A DNA stretch of 64,000 nucleotides, taken from sequence record PP337211; one strand, given 5' to 3'. The stretch is from Escherichia phage ERS-1. Position 1 is the stretch's first letter; every line of letters starts with the position of its first letter. The notes beneath the pieces are model-generated. The model was given only the letters and a program-made list of their open reading frames with translations, searched no databases and was not told where the DNA came from. Position numbers and translations under genes: made by a program. Shown here in pieces: positions 12,901-24,000 of the stretch.

Positions 12901-14065
12901 CTATCGTGTTGTTGCTCCTGTTCTTGGGTAGGCTGGTGAACGAGGTCGATGTGTTCCGCGGCCCGGGTAATGGCGGTGTATGCCCCTTTCCTTCCGGTCC
13001 TTCCCGTACCCCTGTCCGGGCCTGGCGGACGTTGTTCCTTCGGGAGCCCTGCGACTTGTGGACGGTGAGCGGCTGCCCGTCGAACTCCTCCGCGTCCTCC
13101 GCTCCCAAGATTCGCTTGTTGCCGTGGAAGTAGTGGGGGTGGGCGCTGACTTCGACCTTCGCGCCGTCCTCGCCTTCGATGTCCTTTACGGTCGCCGCTG
13201 TCGAAGATCGTGTCGCGGCGGACCTTCCGGCTGGCCGTTGAGGCCTGCCCGTGGTTGTTGCGGAGGTGCCGCTCGTCGCCTTCCTGGGTGGGCGTCTGTC
13301 CGCCCGAGGAGTTCCCGGGTACGTCCGTTGCTCGTGATTCTCGTGGCGTCCTGCCGGGTCAGGAGCCCTTGGCGGTGGAGGTACCATGTCCCGCAGTTCT
13401 TCGCGCTGTGGTGGCGGTGGGAATTTGTGGCTGGTCCGTAGTCGCCGGGGCGGAGGCGCGGCCCTCGCGGACCTCCTTGGAGGTCCGGAACGATCGGGTT
13501 GTCCTGGGCCTGGCGGTGAATCTCCGTGAGGATGTCGGGCTTGTTCTTGAAGAAAGGGCGCTGCCCGGCGGGAGCTGTCCGGGATCGCCTGGTGAGGATC
13601 GGTGCCGAAGCCAGGCCCTCCTCCCGCCGTCGGTTGCGGAGATTTGCGAGCGTGGCCTCGAACCAGGGGCGACTCCGCGTTGAGCTGGAAGGTCGGGCGG
13701 GCGAGGTCGATCTGCTCCGCCTTGATCGCCGCAATCGACCTTCGCGAGGGTTTCCGGGACGGGCTTGTGAAGTGAAGAGCCGCGCCCGCTCCGCTTGGAG
13801 TTCCTTCTGGTGCTGCTGCGACTTGTCCTTGGGCGTGTAGATGAGCTTGTGAATGGGTTCCGTTGGTCGCCCCGGACTTCGTGAGGACGTGAGCGGCCTT
13901 GCCGGTGTAGGCGGCGAAGTGCCGGACCGTCGACGGTCGCGGCGAGGTGTTTGGCCGGGTGGTCTTGCCGGTTCCGGCGTACCCGGCGAGCTGGAAGGCG
14001 GGCTTGTCCCGGGTCTTGAGCGATGCTGCCCGGTTGGCGCGGTCCGCCGTTGCGGACTCCGTCAT
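12901..14065 (-). CDS. SF1B DNA helicase, RecD/Dda/TraA-like, frame-disrupted
   Basis: ATG at 14065 with GGAGAA SD; helicase motifs in order: I 'AGYAGTGKTT', Ia 'AAYTGKAA', '(T)IHKLI', VI 'LTVHKSQGS', then 'YTAITRA' in the -1 frame; stop TAG at 12,901-12,903. Motif spacing matches RecD-like helicases. Confidence 0.6.
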
Positions 14066-14082
14066 GACCGTTCTCCGTTTCT

Positions 14083-14114
14083 GATGAAAAGAAGGGGGGC
14101 CCTTGAAGGCCCCC
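14083..14114 (-). terminator. Rho-independent terminator-like hairpin (7-bp G/C stem, 6-nt loop, then CUUCUUUUC tail on the minus strand)
   Basis: Plus strand 14,095-14,114 gggggcc-cttgaa-ggccccc; the minus-strand 3' side is U-rich. Sits between the upstream gene and the helicase start. Confidence 0.5.
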
Positions 14115-14129
14115 TGAAGGTACGGCCCG

Positions 14130-15440
14130 AGGGCGGGCCGTCCGGGCTGGTCCTCCCGGTGGAATCGGGTCCGGCTTGCCGCCGCCTGCGCCTGGGCTTC
14201 TTCGTCCGCGAGCCCGGAGCCTGCGAACGGGCGCGCGGGCCTCGCCCTGCTCGATCGTCGATTCGATGTTCGGCGGATGGAACCTGCGGTTGTGGGCAGG
14301 AGGTGAGCCTGCTGGGCGTTCTCGCCGTCGAAGGCGATGGCGTCCCGTTGAAGAACTGGCCCTTGTCGTTCTCGCTTGCGGTCTTGAGGCGGTAGCGGTG
14401 GGCGAACCTGCGGAGCCGGAATGCGGCGACCGTCCGGCGGAATCTGGATGGCTTGGCCTTGGTCCTTCCTGCCCTTGCACTTCTTGATCTTCGTGGAGCT
14501 GAAGGCCGGTGACCGCTTCCAGGCGTTGCCGTGGTCGTTGCGCGATGCCGGCTGGCGCAAGGTTTCGATCCTGGCTCGTCGCCGTCCGGGGTGCTGCAGC
14601 TGCCGTGCCCCGAGGACGCGGCCTTGGCGGGTTCACCAGGTCGCCGTCGACTTCGTGGATGCCCGCAAACCGCCGCCCGCATCGCGTGGGCTTCCACGCC
14701 ACGTACACGTGCCGGGTGGTCGCCGGGACGAGTGGACGCCCTTGGCCGTCCCGGCTTCGCCGGTCCCGGTGTTGGATCATGCCCTGGTGGTGCTGTCGTT
14801 CTCCTGGAGCTGCGGGCTGAGGGCCTGAGAATCTGGAGGAACGGGATGCTGTAGTCATTGCTGGTCTGGCTCTCGAAAACCCGCGCGCCCGCGTAGTGGT
14901 GCGTGCCTGGCCTCTGCGGTTGCGGTGTTCTGTTCCTTCAGCCCGAGGTCGGTGGTCTTGCTATCGGTCTTCTGGCGGTTACAGGCTCCTTCGGTTCGAT
15001 GTGAGCGGGTCGATTGGGCCCCCGGTCGAATAGCCCTGCCGTTCCTGCCGGTGTACCCGCGTCCCGCGGGGCGGTTCGGCTCGGGAGGAAGGCCCGGGGC
15101 CGTCCTCCTTCCTGGTTTGTTCTTCGATCTTGGACGTGCTGACGATGGACCCAGGTGTCGGGGGACTTCCTCGCCTTGCGTGGCCCTCGCGGACGAAAGC
15201 GGTAGGGTTGAAGGATGGACGCTGGCGTTGTCGCCGCCTCGAACTCGTCCGCGAGACGCTGGCGGTTCGCTGCCTTCTGCCCCTCGCCCTTGCCGAAGGC
15301 GACGGTGACCCGCGCTCGATCATCGCGGCGCGGCCGTTCTGCTCGAGCCGGCGAAGGCGAGCGGGGCCTTGGCCTTCGGGATGCTGGCGCGGATCGTCTC
15401 GTCGGGTTTGATCTTCTGGCGGTGGTGGTCTTGAGCTGCC
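14130..15440 (-). CDS. Hypothetical protein(s) upstream of the helicase, frame-disrupted; boundaries uncertain
   Basis: Protein-like high-GC3 segments (…NIESTIEQGEARAP…); no intact stop found before the terminator. Confidence 0.25.
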
Positions 15441-15460
15441 AAGTTGCGCCGATCTGGTCC

Positions 15461-15645
15461 TTAGTTTGTACCCTGGCGCTCCGCGATGTCGCGGAGTTCT
15501 TCGCGGGCCTTGTCGAGTTGGGCTTCGAGGTCTGCGACCTTCGACTGGGCGCCTGTTGTTCGGCCTGCTGAGCGAGTTGGTCCTGGCTTGTCGCCGGCGG
15601 TCTGAGGTTGGACATAGTCCAGGTATGCGTTTTCACTTGAGGCAT
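15461..15645 (-). CDS. Small coiled-coil protein (MPQVKTHTWTMSNL… / …KVADLEAQLDKAREELRDIAERQGTN*), one frame shift
   Basis: GGAGAA SD 6 nt upstream of ATG at 15,645; stop TAA at 15,461-15,463; two motif copies upstream. Confidence 0.45.
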
Positions 15646-15684
15646 GTGGTTCTCCGTTTCTTCGGTAGAGGGGTATCCCAATTG

Positions 15685-15721
15685 CTGAAGAAGTATAGCC
15701 GGTTGTTCGGAAGAAGTAAAG
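15685..15721 (-). promoter_or_regulatory. Tandem pair of the recurrent motif (CTTTACTTCTTCCG … CTATACTTCTTCAG)
   Basis: Plus strand ctgaagaagtatag (15,685-15,698) and cggaagaagtaaag (15,708-15,721), 40-80 nt upstream of the 15,645 start. Confidence 0.45.
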
Positions 15722-17105
15722 AGGCCCAGGCGTCCACCGCGATGTAGCGTTGGTCCTTGCCGCTCCCTTAGCAGGGACGTCCCGTCGTTGGCGTCCGCGG
15801 CGATGGCGACGGCGAACCGATTGGGTACCGGATCGCCCGAGGCGAGGTGGTCCCCCGGCCCGAAGTCGGCCCGCTTTCTCCTCGGGCCGGTCATTCGGCT
15901 CCGGGCGGAAGGGGCCGCGGTCGGGCGGCGGGCACCGGCCTTCCCCAACTCCTCCGCCGGCGAGGTTGAATTTGGGCTCGAACCGCTGCTCGTCGCGGTC
16001 CCTGCGGTGTTGGTCTGTACAAATACACGGCTCGGGGTAGTCGTCACAACCTGTCTTTGAGGCGGTCGCCGGTGATCTGGCTCGCCCGTCCAATTCGTTT
16101 CGGCTTTCCCCTTCCCTTCCCCGGAGTCCTGCGCCCAGGTCGATGCACCTGCCCGTTGTTGGTCTGTCCGATCCGGTGGGCGCGGTCCTCCGACTGGAGG
16201 CGGTCGTTTGGCTTGAAGCTGTTGGAATAATAAAATGACCTGCTCTGGCTGTGGTCGGGTGCCGGTGCTGCGTCGCCCCCGCCGCGGGGTTGCCCTTTAG
16301 CCTCGCGGGCCCGCTCCTCCGGCGGACGGCCTCGCGCCCTGGACCCTGCCCGTTGTGGGCAGCGGGCGCTCGCCCTGGAACCGGGCCTCGGCGTCCGCCC
16401 GCTCGTCGTTCGTTTCCTGCCCTGCGGCGGACCGCGCCGACGCCGCGCTCGCGGAGGGCGTCCATTTGGTGATGTCCGCTTCTGGAACCGGGCCCGGTCA
16501 TCGCCTTGCGCCGGACTCCGACGGTTCCGGGGTGTCGGTGACGGCTCGGCCCCGGGATTGTGTACCCGGGTTCCGCTTCGTCGTCGGTCGGGAGGTAGCT
16601 GGCGTGATCTGCTGGAGGCGGAGGAGCCGGGTGATGGCGAGGGCGGCGATGACCGGGGCGGTGCCCTCCGCGCCCTGTCGGGGCGTCTCCTGGTCGGTGG
16701 GTAGACGAAGCCGTTGAAATTTTTTACCGCCGTTTGCCCGGTGCCGGGCGTCCGGCGACGGCTCCGCGGCGACCGCTTCCGCGTCCCGAAACCCGGCCCG
16801 TTCCGCCCTGTCGATGACCTGTTGGTGCTGGTGAGAACCTGCTTGCCCTGCTCCGGTCGTCGGGAGAACCGCTTGCTGGACCTGCTTCGGCGGGAGGTCG
16901 AGCACCCTTCCTTCGTGACCTGGGAGGAGACGGGCTGGAGGAGGCTGTTCGGGTGTCCAGGCGGCGATAGCCCTCTGCGTCGGGTCTGTTGCCGTCGTTC
17001 TTCTTGGTCTTGGGGTTGAAGGCGGTCGGGTTCTGCTTCTTCCAGATGCCGAAGTGCTGCTTGAACTCCGTGAGGTCCCTGCTGGTCTCGTTCCGTAGTT
17101 GTTGG

Positions 17106-17700
17106 TTTAAAACTCCATCTGGCTGTAGGCGTCGAAGGGTCCCGAGGGTTCCGCAGTCCCGGTCGGTGATCGCCCTGAATGGCGCGTACTTCGCGGAGCG
17201 GAGGATGGACTTGGGGTGCGCTCCGCGGTCGGGGTCTTGATGCAGTGCGCCTGTCCCGGACGTAGGAGGCGGCGCTTGTCGAAGAAGTTGGTTGGCGCCC
17301 GCTTCCCGGAGGTGGTGGTGAAGGCTTCAGGCGATGGTGGAGCCTGGCGAAGCCCTTGTGCTCGATGACGGCCTTGACCGCCTGGCTTGTGCCGCTTGGT
17401 GTCGGCCTTCGGGCTCTGGTAGTGGAAGGCCCGGGACGTGCTTGATCGCCTGCTTCGGGTACGTGGTCCGGGATTCCCTTCTGTCCCTGTTGCGGTGCAC
17501 GCCTGTTCGGGGCGACACCAGCACGCCGTCCGATGAGCCCGCGGAGCCTGGCCAGCAGTGCGGTGTCGATGGCTGCTTGGACTTGCCGGTGCCCTGTTCC
17601 CGGAAGATCGCGCGGGCTTCTTCTTCGCGGAGCGTGCCGCCCTCGCGCTGGTGGTTGAAGGGTTCGGCTTGAAGGGGTATTCGGGGCGGCTCCGCTTCGG
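17106..17700 (-). CDS. Hypothetical protein, frame-disrupted (…FNHQREGGTLREEEARAIFREQGTGKSKQ / AAIDTALLARLRGLIG… / …GPFDAYSQMEF*)
   Basis: High-GC3 segments in successive -1 frames; stop TAA at 17,106-17,108; start codon not identified. Confidence 0.35.
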
Positions 17701-18060
17701 TGATGCCCGGAAGTATAGCCCGCTGGGCGGCGAAGGCGAGCGGAGAATCGGGTGCGCTTGGGACGGGGCCCTGGCGCTCACTTCGTGTGCTGAAGAAGTA
17801 TGAAGTGGAGTAAGCGTGGAAGCCCTGCGGGCTGGGGGTTTATATTCTTCTTCTTCTTCTCTTAACTCACTCAACTACTTACCTTAAACCCCGCACGGCC
17901 TCCGAAACCTAGCAAACGGTCGTGTCGCCTCCCTGGTGGGGTCCCGGCGATTTATCGGGCGAAGTAGAACTGAACTGGAGAAGTGAAGTAACCTAGCGGG
18001 AGGGTCGGAGCTGTTACGGCGCTGGGCTTTCCATGGCGCTTGGGGTCTACTTCTTCGGGC
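17700..18060. promoter_or_regulatory. Intergenic region dense in TACTTCTTC-type motifs (both orientations) with a (CTT)n microsatellite at 17,843-17,863
   Basis: ggctatacttccgg, cttcatacttcttcag, gaagtagaac, gaagtgaagtaacc, ctacttcttcggg; lower GC; no coherent coding frame. Confidence 0.45.
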
Positions 18061-21000
18061 GTGAAGGTAATATTGGCAGCGGTCACCTATTTGTGGAACC
18101 CCTTGAGGCCTGAAGGACGGGGAGACCTGGCTGCAGAAGAAGATGCCCTGGTGGCGTCCCCTTCCGCTTCTGCCTCCCCTGACTCGCGCCCGGCGGAGGT
18201 GTTGGAAGTCCCTCTGCGGCGACGGTCGGACGTGTCCGCCCGAGCTGGACTGTGTTCGCTTCACCGCTCGGCACACGTCGTTGGCTCCGAGTGGACATGG
18301 ATTGCCGTTTCCGCGGCTCGCTTCGCCGCGTCCTCCGGCAGAGTTTCGCCGCCCGGGTCGTGCCGGGACGGCGATGTCTTCGACTTGCTCCGGGCGGGGG
18401 TGTTCGGGGCCTCGAATTAAGATGATCGGCTGGATTTCTACGAGTTGGAGGGCCTTAACTTTAGATGGCTGCCTGTTGTGTCTCCCTGCGAGCCCGTGGA
18501 CGTGTTCGGCTTGCCGGGTGGTGTCGAGTATTGGCCCCCGATCCGAGGCGGCGCTCGCCGCCGGGCGGTTCGCGGTCGTGCCGTAGCCGCGGAGGAACTT
18601 CCCGCGCCGCCGTTGGTGCCGGTAGGCGCCGTCGGCACCTCGGCGGACGGCCCTGCCCTTCTTCGGCGAGATTCGCGCCGTCGCCGCGCTCGAATAGCGC
18701 GCGATCCGTTGGCCCTGACCTGTTCGCGCCGGTCGGGCTCGCCGGCGCCACGTTGCTCCGCGGGCGAAGCCGGTTGGGCGGTCGTGGTCGCGGACTTCGC
18801 GTGGCCTGCAAGGCCGTCGTCACTGGGCGGAGGAAAGACTTTGCAATTGGTCGCAGGCGCTGGTCCCTGCTGGCGCCTTGCCTTCACGCCGGTCGGCTGT
18901 TACCGATAGCCGTGGACCTTCGGGACAGTTTCCAAACTCGTTCCCGAGTCTGCTGATCCGGTTCCAGTCGTGGGATCGGTAGCTGTCCGGCCGTCGCGGA
19001 CCGCCGTGACCTTGATCCGGTTCCGGCCCGCGGCGTTCTCCGTCGCCTCGTCGGTCCGTTGCTAGCGCCGGTTGGCCGGCTCCGACTTCGGAGCGTGCCG
19101 CCGTCGGCCGCGTAGATGTCCGCGGCAGGTTACCCGGCTCCGGCCGATGTTCGCCGCGGCGTGGTCGATGATCGGATGGACCCCGCCGGGTCCGGGTCCG
19201 CGGTGCGCCGGGTAGAGGCTTGTGACCTCCGAGGATAGCCGAAGGATACTGGAGACTGTTCGCCGGAAGTTCCCGGGAGCGTAGGCGCGCGAAACGGCTC
19301 GCGCCTCCGAGCTCCTCCGGGGGCGGAGGTGCCGGACGCCGACCCCGGACTGGCCCTGGCCCTTCGCGGCGATGGTCTCGCCGCTGTCAGACGGAGACGG
19401 TCGTGCGCGGGCGTCCTCCGCGAACCGGGTAACCGCGCCCCGGCTGCGCGTTCCGGCGCGCATGAATCCAGTTGACGGCCCGCTGGCGATCCCGTTCGGC
19501 CCCAGTGTCCCGGCGATTTCGTTGTCGGTTGCGGGTTGCTCGTGGGGGTCGGTGCGGGAGGGCCTGTTGGGCCGGATGGAGGTCTGTATGGGCGTGATCG
19601 CGTTCGTCCGGCGTAGCGTGCGCCGCGGGTCGCCGGTGGCCGCGTATGCGTAGGACCCGCCCGTGGCTTGTCCTGGTCGGGCTCTGGAGGTACTGGCGGG
19701 CTCGCCCCTTCCCTGCCGATCGGTAAGGCGGAGGCGTTGTCCGGCGCCTGGACTCGCCCGAGGGTGCTGTTCGCCTTGGCAGTTCGCCTCCTCCGGAACG
19801 GCGGAGGGCGAACGGGTTGGGCGCTTGACCGGTCCTCCCCTGCCCGAGCCCTGGTTGCCCGTAGGTGGAGGACGGAAGGCCAAGCGGTTCTGAACCGTTC
19901 ACCCAGATTTCGTCCCCACCTCCGCTGCTGGCGGCTCCGCCCAGCTTGCCCGAGGACGCGGAGCCACGTCCACAGGCTGGTGCTGGTCCCAGGAGAAGCG
20001 GTACGCCCCCCAGGGTCAGGTTCCATGCGTTCCGGTTCACCCGGATGCGGATGCGTGCGAAGGGGGTGGACTTCTCGGCGGAGGTCGCGGACGCCGTTTC
20101 GCCGCGTTCGCCGCGGTGTCGATCCCGGAGAGTTCGCCGTCTGGCCGTCACGCCCGTTGGGCCTGGATCGCCGCGAGGTCCTGCACGGTTGCGGAACCCG
20201 TCCTGCGGAGCCTTGCGGACGGTAGGTGACCTCTTATTCCGTTAGCACTCGCGTAGCCCGGGCGCTCGAGGACTCCTGCGGATCGCGTCGGACTGTCGGA
20301 CCTGCGGAGGCTTCGCCGCCAGTAGCCCTGCGCGGTACTGCTTTGCCCTGAACTTACCGGTTGTCGGGTTGCGTGTAGGAGGTCCGTTGCTGTGGTGGCC
20401 TGTTGTACACACGAAGGACTGATGGAGCTCCTGCTCGGTCGACGGTTGAGACGCCGGCCTTCCGCGCGTGAAGGGTGTCCGCGGCGCGAAGGCGGCGCTG
20501 TCGGGCGTTGATCGGGCACCCGTCCTGTCCGGGTTCGCTCTGTGTTCTGCAATGACGTGGCGGGGTTCGCCAGCCGTTGACGTCCGCCTTCTCCGGAGAA
20601 CCGGCCTTGCCCGGAGGCGCTTCGCCTTTGGTGCCTGGCCTTCCGGCAGGCGGCGGTCGGTGCCCTTCCGGAAGAACCTGCGAAAGGACGCCCCGGAAGG
20701 CCGGGACGGCGGTGCCGATTTTTGATTGGAGGTAACTGTTGCGGCCCTGGTTCGATTCCCCCCCACGTCCGTAGCCCTGGACACCCCTCCTCCTCGCCGC
20801 CGAGGCTCCGGGCTGTCGATGTAGATTTGCTGCGAGGCCGTCACGTCTCCGCTCCGGCGGTCCGGTTGCCCGGGCATTTCTGGACGGAATCACTGGCCCG
20901 TGAGGGGTTGCCAGGTGGGCGCCAGACAACTTGTACCCAATCGTTACGACAGATTTGCTGCCCGGCCTTCTGCGACTTGTAGCGCCGTGGTCGCCGGTCG

Positions 21001-24000
21001 CCTCCGCTCCTCCGCCGGCATGCCCTCGTGGACGTGCTGCGGTCCCTGCCCGTGTCGGGCGGCGAAGGTGCGCGCCGCGGAGGCAGCCGGAGGCGCGGGC
21101 GCGTTCGACCTGGACCGCCGGCTTGTCGTCGGCTCGCCGCCGTCCGTTTGACGGGACTGCTGGCCAACCTGTACCGGCGTCGTTCGGCCTTCGGCAACGG
21201 TCCCGAAGGTGGTCCGGATCGGTCGCCCGGGCTCCGCGGTTGGAAATTGGAGTCTTCGGTCAAGCGGGTTTGGGGGTGGCCTGCTTCGGCGAGGGCCGCC
21301 GCCGCGTACGCCCGCGACATGAAGATGATCCGGTACACCTGCCCCCTTTACGGGTCCTCCTCGGTAGATTCGGCGCCGTTGTTGGGTTCTTCTTCGGGCA
21401 GAACGGCTGACCCCCGAAGTTGTCCGTTGTTGAACTTGTTGTGGCACGTACCGGGGTGTGGTCGTCCTGGGATAGGCCCGGACGTCGCGTTGGCGGGTAT
21501 CCTGTCGGTCGGGGAGGTTGAGCGTGATCGCCTGCCCCGCGCGCGATGATGAACCGCCGTTCCGGATCCTGCGCTTCCTGGGTCCCGCAGCCCCCGGCGA
21601 AGTAGCGTTGTGAAGGAGGAGAAGGCCGGTGACCTGAGGTCCCGCCCCGAGACGCCCGTGAGGGTCGCGCCGCCCGGAGTTCGCGGAGGACTTCCCGCCG
21701 GCCCGAAGGACGTGGGGGCAGGTCGGGTCCGGCGGAGGGTCGGCGGCGGTGAGCCGGGCCTGCCGGCCTGTACCCTCGGCCTCGCGCTCGCGGATTCGAC
21801 GACCCCGCCGGGGACGGCGAGCTGGCCGTCGCCCCGTGATACCGCTGGATGGTGAGCTGGACGATGTCGGTGGGCGGCGAACCGCGGAACTGGAGGAAGT
21901 GACCGCCCTTACCCTTTGCCGGTGCCTGGTTGCTCCGGAGTTTCTGGTCTGCTGAAGGCCCCGCGCTTGATCTGGACGGAGTTGTACCTCCCTTCACCCT
22001 TGCTCCTCCGCTGAGGTGTAGTGCCTGGGCATCGCGCGCCCCGGGCGGTGGGTGCTCGACCGGTAGGCTTTGGCTGCTTCGCCGCGTGCGCTGCGTTGGC
22101 GGTTGAATCTCCCTTTGCGGACCGGTACATTCAAGGTACCCGGTTGGAGTTCCCACGAAGTTACCCGATCCGCGTCCTGGTGCTTTGTGCTGAAGCCGAT
22201 TGGCGGATGCGACTGGCGTTGATGTTGATCGGGGCGTCCTGGGCCGATCACCGCCGTGTCCGTCCCTGAGGCCGTCGCCGGTTGATTGTCCTGGGGCTGC
22301 GTTCCGTCTGTCCGTGAGGATGCCGATGTGGGTGCGCTCCGGCGGGGTCGCGGTAGTTGTTGGCGTGCCCCTGACGCTCTGGGCGGCTCGCCGGTCTGGG
22401 CGATCCGCGGTCGCTCTGAAGGTCGGAACCCGGAACGGTGCGCGGCCCGCGCGCCGGTGAAGGAACTTGCGGAGTTCGTGACGTCCTGGAGTCCTGGAAG
22501 TAACGGTAGGGGCGTCGGGTTCGGCGCGTAGGTCGGGTGATAGAAGCTGGCCCCCGCCGCGGTCCCTGTAGTCGGCGGTTGCCCCGGGCTCGAAGGCTGT
22601 CCGTGGCGCCTCGCCGTTCGCGCCTGCGGAGATGTTCAGGTGCCGAGGAACCGCGTGGGGGCCGCGGCGGGTCCGTCGATGTTGTCGCTGAACCTGGTGC
22701 CATTTCGGTGAACCGTTGTAGCCCGAGGTTGCCCGCGAGACGTTGCCAGGATCCGCCGAGGCGGCGGGCCGATCCAGGGGTTGGCGAAGGTTTGGCCTGG
22801 TCGGTTTGGTGCGGAAGTCCCGGCGGAAACGATACCCGTGCCGCGGTCGCGCTCTGCGGTTGGACTCCTCCGGATGCGACGGGCGCGCTGTCCCGGTAGT
22901 CGGAGGCGGTCGTGTCGATGTTGATCCGGTCGTGCCCGCCTGGTGGTTCCCACCTGTTGGGCCTTGGGTCTAGGGGTGACGGCCCTGGTATGGCGAGTTG
23001 GTCGGCCCTGGTCCTCCGCCCGGGCCATTTTCCGGTACGGGATCGGATAGGTGACGTTGAAGGACTGGCGGGGCTTCTTGCGCGTTCCCGCTGCTCCGAC
23101 CGTCGTTGGTCGTGAGGTATGTTTGTTTTCCATTCAGGACCTCCTTGGCGGGGCCTCGAAGATGTACGGCGGCGACCATGCGCGAGCCCAGGTTGCGGAA
23201 GTTGGCGTTGCGTCGCTGTCCGTTCCTGTCGAAGCGGAAGATGGCGTTGATGTCCGGCGGGCCGTCCGTGGTGATGGTCTGCTGATAGGTCTGGTCTCCG
23301 GCTGCCCGTGTCGCGGGCGGGACGGCCTCCTGGTGGACGCCGCCGCCGTTCTGACCTGGACGTTCCCTGAAGGTATCGGTTGTTGAAAAAGCCGTTCCTG
23401 TCCCTCGATTGCGAACTGCTGCTCGCCACAGGTTGCCCGTTTGTTCGAGGGGCGGATGTGGATGCGGTTGTAGCAGTCGTCCGGAAGCTAATGCCCCTGC
23501 CTGTGACGGGAAGTTGTACCGGGCTCGCCGATGGGGGAGGTTGTCGGTCTGCGGACGGTGTAACGTCGCGGCAGACTTCGGTAGTGGCGGAGGCAGGACT
23601 TTGGCTGGCAGGACCAAGGAGTCCTGCTGTTCCGACCTGTTCGTGACGGCCCCCAGGGTGCATCCCCGTCAAGGCGCGTAAGTGGTAATCACCGCCGGTC
23701 CGGTTTGCCCTTTCGTAAGCGACATTCCCGTTGCCTGCTCGTCCGCCTTTCTGGTACCGGGAAGCCTTCCCGACCCTGGTCGGGGCTGAACTCCTCCCCC
23801 GGCCGGCAGGGTTATGTTGTGCACCCGTATCCGGGACGATGCCCACCGGGACTCTAACTCGTCGTTGCGATTCGGCGAGAGGCGTTCGGCAAGGAGAAGC
23901 CCGACCCCGTCTGGGGGTTGGCGACAGTCCGGCACTCCACCGTGAACCCCCGCCTTGGCAAGCCTGGAACGGTAGGTGTTCGCTGCCGACCGCGCCGACC

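Noticed and set aside
20740-20765. Second tRNA-like GGTTCGATTCC motif
   Set aside because: No complementary T-stem or acceptor arms could be found; judged a chance match.
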